In this document: piece after piece, positions 19,988 to 29,917 of the stretch
How positions within the stretch are numbered: position 1 is the first letter of the stretch
How the letters are laid out: every line of letters begins with the position of its first letter
Assembly: GCA_965203315.1 (NCBI GenBank)
Contig: OZ241857.1
Span: 32,001 to 96,000 of the forward strand
Source of the DNA: Nitrosopumilus sp.
Lineage (GTDB): Archaea > Thermoproteota > Nitrososphaeria > Nitrososphaerales > Nitrosopumilaceae
Reading direction: 5' to 3'
Length of the DNA: 64,000 bases
Notes under the pieces: generated by a model
Told to the model about the DNA's origin: nothing
Database searches by the model: none
The model's input: the letters and a program-made list of their open reading frames with translations, nothing else
Translations under genes and position numbers: made by a program

Positions 19988-20072
19988 AACAACTACATTG
20001 CTTTGCAACGTGTCGACTACATCCAAATATACGATGATCTTGGCAACCACAGATCACACAGTGCCTAGTCAT
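19974..20072 (-). CDS. 32-aa Cys/His-rich microprotein (not in ORF track)
   Basis: MTRHCVICGCQDHRIFGCSRHVAKQCSCFKSE; 6 Cys, 3 His; ATGA overlap with the upstream gene's stop. Confidence 0.55.
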   Translation of the reverse strand: MTRHCVICGCQDHRIFGCSRHVAKQCSCFKSE

Positions 20073-20443
20073 AACTCTTCGATCATATCTCTGATCTCCT
20101 CCATCATCTTCTTGCCTTCTAGAGCTTCTAAAATCTTTAACCGCATATTCTTTATCCGATTTGTGTCGTTTGCATACAAAGGTCCCATCGTCTCAATCTC
20201 TTTCTCAAAAAAGTAACTATCTATATAATGTGACATCTTGTTCTGTATCTTTACAAAGTTAGAGAGCTGTATATCCTTGGGCTCGATCTTTGTGATGATC
20301 ACTTTTAACATGCCATTTATCTTTAGTAGCGATTTATTGATCATATCAAGATCTCCCGGCTTGTCTGTCATCTCATCAAGTTCTCTATATGTCTCGTATA
20401 TCTGAGTCATGACGCTCTTGAGATACTCTCTATATGTTACCAT
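20069..20443 (-). CDS. Hypothetical helical protein
   Basis: 124-aa ORF with ATG start. Confidence 0.75.
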   Translation of the reverse strand: MVTYREYLKSVMTQIYETYRELDEMTDKPGDLDMINKSLLKINGMLKVIITKIEPKDIQLSNFVKIQNKMSHYIDSYFFEKEIETMGPLYANDTNRIKNMRLKILEALEGKKMMEEIRDMIEEL

Positions 20444-20488
20444 AGTTTGTCATACTCTTGATACAATCTAAATATCATCATATACACA

Positions 20489-22030
20489 GGAGTTCATGCG
20501 AAAGTCATTTTCAGGCACATATGATGTGTGATGGGTCAAATCTGACTAAATTCTCCGAGTTATTGCGGGTTTCGTGTATGTGAGGAGGAGTAAAAAATTA
20601 ACCAAAAATAGAATACGCAACAAGACAATTTTTTAAGACACTCTATGGTAAATACCAATTTGAATAAACAAGAGTATGGCTAACTCGAACAAGGAACTAG
20701 TGCTTGAACAACGACTCAAAGCAGCCGAAGAACGTGCAGATATAGCAGAAGAACAGCTCAAAGCAGCAAAAAAAGAACTCGAGCTCCCTCCATGTAAGAA
20801 TATCCTTAGCAATGAAAAGACTCTATGGGAGCATACAAAGCTGGATTTTGACATGTTTAACTTTTTGCTCGGCCTGTTTATAGAATGGATACCGGCAGCA
20901 GATGTTCACAGACAGTTTCGTAATGTTCTCATAGTACGTGGAAGAATATCCAAACTAACTCCCGAGTATGCCATGCTCTTGGCAATTCTGAGACTGGTAA
21001 GTGGTCACAGTCAATGCCATCTTGCCAGTAGATTTGGTATAGATCAGAGTAATGTGTCCCGGTACTGTACATACATGAATCAGTTTTTTCAGAGTTTGGG
21101 TTTTTCGCCAGACGAGTTGGCAAATGCGATAAGTAAATGCAAGACAAAGAAAGAGCTTGCAAAATGGGTAAAGGATCACACATTCTTGTTCGATGGATCA
21201 CACACTCGTGTTCCAACACCCGTAGATAGAGAGATACGCAATGACTACAAATCAGGCAAAAAAAAAGATGCATACGGTAAATACGCTATTGATGTGTACA
21301 AAAGAGAGACTGATAGTACATGTGTCTCCTACGTTTCCTGGTAAGACACATGATTTCAGCATATTCAAAGAGCTCAAACTGAATCTTGGCAAGTGGTCCA
21401 TGTCGTTAACAGATCCAAACACTCCACTTCGCCAAAGACTGTACATTCTAGTAGATCTGGGATTCCTAGGGATTCGAGATATCTTTGTAGGTGCCAAGAT
21501 AGGCATAAAATACAAGAAACCCAAAGGTGGGCAACTCACAAAAGAACAAGAGATATACAACAAAAAGATAGACAGTGAACGCGCCACAGTAGAACACGTA
21601 GTTGGATGTGTAAAGCAGTTTAAACTCTTGTTCAACATGTTCCGAGGAGATGACGACCAATACAACGATGCCTTCAAGATGGCATCTACACTGGTCAACT
21701 ATCACGTTCTTTGGGATCATGAACACGGCAGACCTAGTCCTAGATTAGAAGAGCTTGTTGCAGCATGGAGAGTAAAGATAAACCGTAAAAAACAGGCTAA
21801 ACTAAAAAAGATGAAATTATCTCACCGCATAGTTGCGTAAATAATACGCACCAACATTGTGATTTATAGAATGATATTGTAAGATATCAAGGTATAATTC
21901 ACTGTTTTGACTCTGCGTACATGCATAATCGTACAATTCCACAGATCACAAACCTGAGATCACTTTATAATTTGGAATGTCTTTGTTGCTAGATGTCCAG
22001 AGTCTTCAAAACGACTTTCGCATGAACTCC
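20489..22030 (+). mobile_element. IS5-family (ISL2/Harbinger-like, DDE_Tnp_4) insertion sequence
   Basis: TIRs GGAGTTCATGCGAAAGTCATTTT / AAAACGACTTTCGCATGAACTCC, flanked by ACA(CA) direct repeat. Confidence 0.9.
20676..21840 (+). CDS. IS5-family transposase split by a frameshift at an A9 run (ORFs 20676-21344 and 21241-21840)
   Basis: HTH LASRFGIDQSNVSR; FDGSH, SGKKK|MHT, GKTHD, VDLGFLG, RATVEH catalytic motifs spread across two frames. Confidence 0.85.
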
Positions 22031-22491
22031 ACACATTTGCATCTAGTTTGTATTGCATTCTAATCCTGTTGCTAAAAATATGCATATTTTAATAAACTAT
22101 GTGTCTATTATTCACATTCGTTAATAATCGAATGTTATGCCTATTTTTTAACCATGTTTGGACAAAATTTAGAACGTATGTTTGGATATGTTGTGGACTA
22201 TACGTCTGCTGCCGAGTCGGTGACTAGTTTACACAATGCAACACAGACGCAAGTATGATGTCTAAGATATCTGTGATTACTCTAGTACGTGTAGCATGGA
22301 ATTTGTTGTGACGATGTATGTATCTTTGATTAGAACTAGATATGTTGTAATTATCTCAATGGTTCTATACCTTGTAATTAAAACGTCTTAAATGAACTCC
22401 TAGCCCTATCAATCTACTGTGTATTTTTTTGCCCTTTTGTCAATTTGTAGTCACTAGACTACTTTAACAAACTCTATTACCACAAATTATC

Positions 22492-23298
22492 GTGGCAAAA
22501 AAGTACAACTCTCCGATAGAGTATAAGTTGAGAAAGATACCCATAGAAAGCGTCCATGTCTGGAGCGATGCCCAAGCAAGAAAGCTTGATCGAGAAGGAA
22601 TTACCGAACTCGCACGTTCGATAAAGGCAGATGGTCTACAAAACCCTCCAATGGTACAACGCGATGGTCGAAATCGCTATCTGTTGATGTCTGGACAACG
22701 AAGACTCGCGGCTCTAAAACGACTTGGTGCAAAAATTATACCCGCGTTGGTATTGACGAATGCAACGAAGCATGATCTCAAAGGAGCAAGAGCTGCGTCT
22801 GTAGTCGAGAACCTTCACCGAAACAAGATGAGTACTAAAGATATGACTAGTGCATGTCTATCTCTCACTGAAGATCTCGGCAAAACGAAAGCAGCAAAGT
22901 ATCTGGGCATATCTACGCCTACGCTCAACAAGTACCTGGGATTTGCGGCCGTTCCTGAAAAGCTGAAGCGCTTTGTCCCAAAAGAGTTATCGCGCGACGA
23001 TGCAGTTAGACTCTATCAGGCTACACCAACAATAGCTCGTGCTGAAAAGATCGCAGCAAAGATAATTCCACTAGATAGGAAACTACGTCGTGAGTATCTT
23101 AAAGCACTACTGCGAACTCCGAACGCAACGCATCAGAAACTACTCAAAAAAGCAAAGGCTCGAACACTTCAAAGACGTCTAGTCCTAACACTAAACAAGA
23201 CAAACGCGACGAAACTCAAGAGACTTGCTGATAGACGTGATCTTGATGTACTAGATACAGCAACTAAAATCCTAGCAGATTATCTACGAAAACACTAG
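22492..23298 (+). CDS. ParB/Srx-domain protein with HTH
   Basis: ELARSIKADGLQNPP, LMSGQRRLAAL, VENLHR, HTH AAKYLGISTPTLNKY. Confidence 0.88.
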   Translation: MAKKYNSPIEYKLRKIPIESVHVWSDAQARKLDREGITELARSIKADGLQNPPMVQRDGRNRYLLMSGQRRLAALKRLGAKIIPALVLTNATKHDLKGARAASVVENLHRNKMSTKDMTSACLSLTEDLGKTKAAKYLGISTPTLNKYLGFAAVPEKLKRFVPKELSRDDAVRLYQATPTIARAEKIAAKIIPLDRKLRREYLKALLRTPNATHQKLLKKAKARTLQRRLVLTLNKTNATKLKRLADRRDLDVLDTATKILADYLRKH

Positions 23299-23308
23299 AT
23301 GCATCAAA

Positions 23309-23318
23309 CTCTTTTTTT
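23309..23318 (+). terminator. Putative oligo-T archaeal terminator
   Basis: CTCTTTTTTT about 10 nt after the ParB stop. Confidence 0.4.
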
Positions 23319-23413
23319 AGATATCATGTTGACGAGTCTATCTCGCGCCTAAATACAATTCTCTAATATTATCTATAACGCTTTAAATTATGAATCTATC
23401 TCGTGTCATAGTG

Positions 23414-24745
23414 ATGCAATCTGCGGCATATCTCAAATGTATAGATCCACAGTGTGGTCTAGAATATCCTATATCTGTTACACAAGTACAATGTACAGCT
23501 GGACACCTGCTTGATGTTATGTATGCTGACACTCCATCTACAAAACTCAAAGAGAGATTTTACCAACGTCGTAACCATCGCGGCAGTATATTCAACGAGA
23601 GTGGTGTGTGGAGATTTCGTGAACTATTGAATTTTCCTCAGATAGATACAGAAGATATTCACTCTTGTGCCAAGTACCTGGTATCTCTTGATGGTGCTGA
23701 AGGCAGACAGTCTAAGCCCTATCATATGTCCAAAGTAGCCGAGTTTGTCGGTATTGACAATTACCATTTGTGGTTACAACCAGAGGGATACAATCCTAGT
23801 GGATCGTTTAAAGATAACGGAATGGTTACGGCAGTGACTCATGCAAAGATGGTCTCTGCAACAAAGATCGTCTGTGCATCGACTGGAAACACATCTGCGT
23901 CAGCTGGCATGTTTGCAGCAAATGAAGGCATAAAATGTGATGTGTACATTCCTGCAGGACAGATTGCACCTGGGAAACTCAGTCAAGCATATCAATTTGG
24001 CGCACAGATAGTAGAAGTCAATGGCAACTTTGATGATGCATTAAAACAATCTCTAGACGAAGCAAATAGACATGGCGGTTATACAGTAAACTCGATAAAT
24101 CCATTCCGAATTGAGGGTCAAAAGACTATACCGTTCAGAGCATTGGAGCATCTTGAATGGGAACCACCTGACTGGATCGTATACCCTGGCGGCGCGTTGG
24201 GAAACACATCTAGTTGTGGCAAGGCTCTCATCGAACTATACAAGTGGGGCTGGATCAAAAAGATTCCACGAATAGCAGTGATCAACGCAGAGGGTGCGAG
24301 CACACTGTATGATCTATGTGGTGGTCAAGGAGAGAAGAGACTAGAGTGGAATAACGGAAAACCTGATACTGATATGATATCTGAATACTATAAACAACTC
24401 GCTGCAGAGGGTCGGCTACCAAAGACCAAAGCTACCGCAATTCAGATAGGCAAGCCAGCAAACATTCTCAAAGGTTTACGTGCATTGGACTTTACAGATG
24501 GTGTTGTAACTACAGTATCTGATGCAGAGATGTTGGATGGCATGGCTGTAGTTGGCCTAAACGGATTTGACTGCGAGATGGCGTCTGGGGCAACTGTGGC
24601 AGGTATACGCAAGCTCGTATCTGACGAAGTGATAAAATCTGACGACACTGTTGTTGGTATACTTACTGGTCGCCAAAAAGACGCAATGATTCCAGTAGAG
24701 TACCATCGTGACTCTAGTAACCGATTTGCACGACCACCTGTGTGA
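23414..24745 (+). CDS. thrC: Threonine synthase
   Basis: NPSGSFKD, CASTGNTSAS, NSINPFRIEGQKT. Confidence 0.93.
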   Translation: MQSAAYLKCIDPQCGLEYPISVTQVQCTAGHLLDVMYADTPSTKLKERFYQRRNHRGSIFNESGVWRFRELLNFPQIDTEDIHSCAKYLVSLDGAEGRQSKPYHMSKVAEFVGIDNYHLWLQPEGYNPSGSFKDNGMVTAVTHAKMVSATKIVCASTGNTSASAGMFAANEGIKCDVYIPAGQIAPGKLSQAYQFGAQIVEVNGNFDDALKQSLDEANRHGGYTVNSINPFRIEGQKTIPFRALEHLEWEPPDWIVYPGGALGNTSSCGKALIELYKWGWIKKIPRIAVINAEGASTLYDLCGGQGEKRLEWNNGKPDTDMISEYYKQLAAEGRLPKTKATAIQIGKPANILKGLRALDFTDGVVTTVSDAEMLDGMAVVGLNGFDCEMASGATVAGIRKLVSDEVIKSDDTVVGILTGRQKDAMIPVEYHRDSSNRFARPPV

Positions 24746-25032
24746 TGTCGTACTCTTCTACTTTGTCTATAGTTTGCTCACTTATTGTGTATGTCTTTGT
24801 TATGAAATTACATTGACACATCATAGTTCCAAAAGCTAGAGTTGTTATAGAAAACATCTTGATCTGATGTCTCGACCGCATCGTAATATACATCATATCA
24901 AGATGAACAGCACCTCTCGTCTAGATTATGAATTCTCTTGACATTGAGCCAATTGTAAACATGTTCTTTAAGATTCTATGTGGCTAGTTGTCAGGCAGCG
25001 AGTTTACGTGATTGATTCTCTCATTCTATTAT

Positions 25033-25172
25033 AGACTGTATGCATATTTCTTATATCTTACGCACATTTAACGTACAATAAAACACAGGCGTAATTTCTA
25101 AGGGCAAATTGATTCATTGTTGTCATGTTTGATGATTGGACATGGGCACTCCTAATAATACGCATACCGTCT
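25033..25172 (+). mobile_element. MITE family A copy 3
   Basis: Same body and TIRs with few substitutions; target duplication TAT. Confidence 0.85.
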
Positions 25173-25411
25173 TATGTTGTTACTGCACGGTAAGAGTGTG
25201 TTGTTCTCCGATATTCATCCTGTAGACTCTGGACCGATCAAGATATTTGGATTCGATAAATGACTAGTATTGTATGTGATTTGTGGTAAGGCATATTGTC
25301 ACTTGCGTGTGTGAGGAAAGTGATCTTGTGGTTTTGGCAAGTGATCTCTAGGCAGAGATCGAGATAGTCTAGATCGCATATATATTATATGTGTCTGTGT
25401 ATATTGTGCTC

Positions 25412-25882
25412 ATGAATAAACGACTACCAAATAGAGCTTGGTTTTATTTCAGAATGGGTTGGAGTACATACCTGGTGTTCCTGTTTGCTGCTATCAATAC
25501 GCTAGTTGTCACATATTATTTAGCAATAGAAAAGATACCTGCACTCGCGTCGATATTTCCGTCGTTTACACACTATGCAAGTATTGCTGTGATTATTGTA
25601 ATACCATTATCTGTCGCGATCGGTTATGTACATTTTAAACGAAGTCTAATCTTTTCATCAGAGGTTGACGTACATGCAGAATCAAACCCGTACAACTTTA
25701 AACTTGTACCAGGACACACTATAGAGGTATTTTATCCTATATTGTCTGAGATGGTAGATTTTTTGATCAGAGAGTATGAACAGACAGGCAACGCGGACAA
25801 GGTCAAGAGACTAAAAGCTCTGCAAGAGAAGGCTAACACATTGATCAGTGGTGGAACTGTAGGTACTAGTAGAACATTCTAA
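25412..25882 (+). CDS. Two-TM hypothetical membrane protein
   Basis: RAWFYFRMGWSTY, two hydrophobic segments, E.NPY. Confidence 0.75.
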   Translation: MNKRLPNRAWFYFRMGWSTYLVFLFAAINTLVVTYYLAIEKIPALASIFPSFTHYASIAVIIVIPLSVAIGYVHFKRSLIFSSEVDVHAESNPYNFKLVPGHTIEVFYPILSEMVDFLIREYEQTGNADKVKRLKALQEKANTLISGGTVGTSRTF

Positions 25883-25962
25883 GTCTTAACCATGAATATG
25901 ATCTTGATCTAATCCAATCCATTGTTGTTTTAGTCAAGATGTATGGCTTTGGTCGAATGATG

Positions 25963-27213
25963 TTATTGAATCTTTTCTATGCGTATCTTTTGTGGAATAC
26001 GTTTAACTACCTTTTCGACTATGATGCGCAGTTCTCCAATCACGATCTTGTCGCCTTCTTGTGGAATGTCTTGAAGGCGTTCGTGTAACAGACCATTCAG
26101 AGACGCATAGTCATCCCCTTCAGGAATCCGTGTATCAAATATAGAATTTATCTCATCGATCTCGATATCGCCATTGGTTACGATTGTATCTCGACCGATC
26201 TTTTCGTATCTCGACGATGGAATGGCATCCGTCTCGTCTTCGATCTCACCTACGATCTCTTCTAGCAGATCCTCAAGTGTCACCAATCCCTCTACTCCAC
26301 CATGTTCGTCAACCACAATCGCCATGTGCGTCTTGCGACCTTTCATCTCTTTGAGTAAAGAGCTGACCATCTTTTCTTGTGATGCGAATACGGGTTTTCG
26401 CGCAATCTGCTCTAACGTAACGACTCGATTATCGTGCTCCAACTCTTTTAGAACGTCACGTGCATGGACAAATCCGACAATGTCGTCACGATTATTTCGA
26501 TATATTGGGATGCGTGAATGTCCACTCTGATTTATTTGCGGTAGTGCTTCAAACAATAACATCTTTGCATTTAGTGTAAACATTTTTGTTCTCGGTGTCA
26601 TCACAGATCGTATTACGGTATCATCAAACTTTAGCGCACCGTGAAGTAACTCCATCTCTTCACGCTCTATTGCTTTATCCTCCATGCCTTGATCAACAAC
26701 TCCTTTGATCTCTTCCTCTGTAATGGGTGGAGGGAGATAGTCACTTCCTGTGAGTTTTACCACGCCCTTTGTAATCACTTCAAAGAATTTGACTACCGGA
26801 TAGAATACATAACTAAACGTCAAGAGAACCGGCGCAAAGCGAAGTGCAATCTTTGTAGAGTTTGCATTACAGTATGTCTTTGGGGTAATCTCTCCAAATA
26901 CCAATATTAGAAACGTCATTATTCCTATTGCTATACCCAATCCATCAGATCCAAATATGCGTAGAGAGACACTGGTTGCCAGAGCTGACGCCCCCACGTT
27001 GACTAGATTGTTACCTAGATTAACACTGGCCATCATCCAGCTAGGGTTCGTCTTTAATTTGTGTAGTGCCTTGGAGCCCTTTCTTTTTTCGTCGAGTAGC
27101 TGGATTACTTTTGATTTGCGCACACCAACTAGTGCTACCTCTAGACCACTAAAGAACCCAGATAGTCCTATCAATACAGATAGGGCTAGCATCTCGACCC
27201 ACAGTTCTACCAT
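25963..27213 (-). CDS. CNNM/CorB (TlyC-like) Mg/Co transporter: DUF21 + CBS pair + CorC_HlyC
   Basis: SGFFSGLEVAL, GNNLVN, GEITPK, VMTPR, HSRIP, VDEHGGVEGLVTLEDLLEEIVGEIEDE. Confidence 0.93.
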   Translation of the reverse strand: MVELWVEMLALSVLIGLSGFFSGLEVALVGVRKSKVIQLLDEKRKGSKALHKLKTNPSWMMASVNLGNNLVNVGASALATSVSLRIFGSDGLGIAIGIMTFLILVFGEITPKTYCNANSTKIALRFAPVLLTFSYVFYPVVKFFEVITKGVVKLTGSDYLPPPITEEEIKGVVDQGMEDKAIEREEMELLHGALKFDDTVIRSVMTPRTKMFTLNAKMLLFEALPQINQSGHSRIPIYRNNRDDIVGFVHARDVLKELEHDNRVVTLEQIARKPVFASQEKMVSSLLKEMKGRKTHMAIVVDEHGGVEGLVTLEDLLEEIVGEIEDETDAIPSSRYEKIGRDTIVTNGDIEIDEINSIFDTRIPEGDDYASLNGLLHERLQDIPQEGDKIVIGELRIIVEKVVKRIPQKIRIEKIQ

Positions 27214-27330
27214 GATTCTCCTCCGAAGAATTCAGAATGGATTTCATTCATTTAGTATATTTGCACCATCTCTTTGGTAGTGTTTGTTAGAAATAACTTG
27301 AATTTAAGGATTAATATTCAAAGCTCGTAA

Positions 27331-27360
27331 TGTGGGATCCGGAAAGTAGTTCGCCCCTAG
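27331..27360 (+). repeat. IS481-like element end (relic)
   Basis: TGTGGGATCCGGAAAGTAGTTCGCCCC closely matches TGTAAGATCCGGAAAGTAGTTCACCTC at 46044. Confidence 0.5.
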
Positions 27361-27603
27361 TTTGATGTGGTATTCTTTTACGCGTCATCGATTTCTACTC
27401 TTGGCGATTGTTTGCTGATAGACGCTATCATAATGTAAAGTGACTGATCTGTACCTTTTGATTCATAAGGATTTGATCATGCTATTTGTGTCAAAACTTG
27501 TGTCCGTTGGTATATTCAACTTTTCATATCTTTGAAGACGTTTTTGACTAGACTCGGAACTTACGCCCTTGACTAAGGGGTGAATGTTTTTTGTACTAGA
27601 AAT

Positions 27604-28647
27604 TCAGACTTTTGCAAAATGAGATTCGAGTTTGTGTTTCTTTTCACGCATATGGAATATAGACTCTGTATGTACTACTGCATCAGTATATGATCTACCA
27701 TACAACATTGCTTGAAGCAGCATATGGTTCTCTGGAATAACAATTCCTGTCTGGTCGTCAGAGTACATCATTTGAAGCGTATCTCCAATCCTTCTAGTCA
27801 TGTTTGCATGTATGTGGATCATGTTTGTATCTGTAAAATTAAATCCCATCGTACTTGCATACTCTCGAATCTCTCTAGTACCTTTTGCTGTCCACAGTAC
27901 AGCTACTCCTAGCTCATCTGCAAAGAGATCGTGAACTTTGGATAGTTCTACAACCACATCACGAAAACGAATATCCATTATGTGTAGATGCATCTGTCTG
28001 GTAGGTACCTTTATTGCACGAACGTACAATGGAGCATCTCTCCCAAAGTATCTCTTTACGTCGTCTCCATGATGTGGTGATTCAGTCAACTCTATGGTGT
28101 CTGGAACATCTTTTGCTTGCTCGATATCGGCCCAACGCCTCACCAAGGTTACATCAAATCGTACCAGTCTGTCTCCAAACTTTGCACGTAGCGGTTCTAG
28201 GACTCGACCCATACCCGTAACGTTACAACTACCTTGCATCACATGTTCTCTGTCTATCGCCTGTTCGTAGTTTGATCTAGAGTTGAAGATGATATCAGAT
28301 ACTGCTGTAGATCCAACCACAGACTCGCCTCCTTGATATATCGCACATATGCCTCTCGGTTCGTAGAGTTCTCTCTTGTTCTTGTAACCACAACCCCCGG
28401 GTGAAGCATCGATCACTAGATCACAATCATTTAGTGCAGATTCGATCGTCCCAGAGATATCATATTCTGCAAAATCACCCAATATCTCTTGTGGTACATA
28501 GACATCGAGACCTCTGGATCGTGGCACATCTATATTATTTCTAGAGTGTTTACCTACCCCGATTATCTTTATCTCTGGATCATCTGACAAGAAGGCTGTG
28601 ATCCTACTGCCGATAGAACCATAACCGTTTACAAAGATCTTTTTCAC
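27604..28647 (-). CDS. gap: Archaeal type II glyceraldehyde-3-phosphate dehydrogenase
   Basis: VNGYGSIGSR, YQGGE, GSCNVTG catalytic Cys, RRWAD, HHGDD, IVIPEN. Confidence 0.93.
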   Translation of the reverse strand: MKKIFVNGYGSIGSRITAFLSDDPEIKIIGVGKHSRNNIDVPRSRGLDVYVPQEILGDFAEYDISGTIESALNDCDLVIDASPGGCGYKNKRELYEPRGICAIYQGGESVVGSTAVSDIIFNSRSNYEQAIDREHVMQGSCNVTGMGRVLEPLRAKFGDRLVRFDVTLVRRWADIEQAKDVPDTIELTESPHHGDDVKRYFGRDAPLYVRAIKVPTRQMHLHIMDIRFRDVVVELSKVHDLFADELGVAVLWTAKGTREIREYASTMGFNFTDTNMIHIHANMTRRIGDTLQMMYSDDQTGIVIPENHMLLQAMLYGRSYTDAVVHTESIFHMREKKHKLESHFAKV

Positions 28648-29075
28648 GTAAAACTAGCAATATTCATCATTTATTTAAATTCATATTGCCTCTTATTTGC
28701 TGGTGTGCTTTGTATTCTAGTTGATACTAGAACACACTGATGCTTATCGTACATGGTTTAGTATATTCTGATCTCTAGACACTTCACATGTTTGCATTGG
28801 TATTGAATATTCGAGACTGTTGGAGTGGTGACAACATTTGACTCTATAGTCACGAACGGAATTGTTTTCCTGTTTACTTCCACACATGTGTGGTCAGAGA
28901 CGGAATTTACCTCTGGCAGAACATATGACACTAAATTGTGATACTAAGCACTAGGAAAATTATTATGTTAATGACTATTCGATGGTTTACTCGTGGTTGG
29001 AACATAAATCGAAAAGTCATCTCTAGTATGAGCAATCGAAAAGGACTAAATTTGTTGATATTGATAAAAATCTCA

Positions 29076-29744
29076 ATGAATAGGTACTTGTTATCGGCGC
29101 TGATTATGGTGCCCGTCGTGATGTTCTTTGTAGGGACAGGAGGTTTTCCTCTATACGAAGAGTCTAAAACAGAGGTTTCTACAGTCACAAATCCTATTAC
29201 GACTCTATTGTTAAATAACGGTTCGCCATTTTTGGGTGATTCTAGCGCGCCTATAACTCTGGTCGAGTTTGGTGATTATCAGTGCCACTTTTGTAATGTC
29301 TTTTTTCACACTACTAAGGATATACTCTTTGAAGAATATATTGAGACAGGAAAAGTCAAGATGATCTTCAAAGACTATAATATAATCGGGCCAGATTCTA
29401 TAACTGCGTCACATGCTGCGCACTGCGCTAATGATCAAGGTCTTTTTTGGGAATATCATGATGTGCTGTACTCGAACTGGACTGGTGAGAACAACGGTTG
29501 GGCATCTTTTGAGAATCTAGTCGTCTTTGCGGAAGAGATTGGACTAGATATGCAAGAGTGGCGACAGTGTATGGCGGACAAACCGCATGCCGATATCATC
29601 ACAGCTAGCAATCAAGACGCGAGAGCGTTGAGCCTTACGGGGACGCCTGCGTTCTTTGTAATAGGTCCTGATGGCGACCACACAAAAATCCATGGAGCGC
29701 AACCCTTTGAGGTATTTGAACGAGTCTTTGACAGTTATACTTGA
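29076..29744 (+). CDS. DsbA/DsbG-like thioredoxin-fold protein
   Basis: GDSSAPITLVEFGDYQCHFC, GTPAFFV, GAQP; N-terminal TM. Confidence 0.92.
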   Translation: MNRYLLSALIMVPVVMFFVGTGGFPLYEESKTEVSTVTNPITTLLLNNGSPFLGDSSAPITLVEFGDYQCHFCNVFFHTTKDILFEEYIETGKVKMIFKDYNIIGPDSITASHAAHCANDQGLFWEYHDVLYSNWTGENNGWASFENLVVFAEEIGLDMQEWRQCMADKPHADIITASNQDARALSLTGTPAFFVIGPDGDHTKIHGAQPFEVFERVFDSYT

Positions 29745-29917
29745 TGATTCATTGATCTATAATCACCTGCCATGAGATTTCCAATAATTTCCAATTTTCT
29801 ACAAAATTTCGTGAATTCTATGATGATATACGCTAAATTTTGTAGCATTGTATTTAAACCATGAAATATGTGACTTTTTAGTCTAGTGTTGTGCTATCAT
29901 AAATTCAAAACATCTTG

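Noticed and set aside
24746-24970. Possible IS relic or 60-aa ORF after thrC
   Set aside because: Only weak similarity by eye; not supportable
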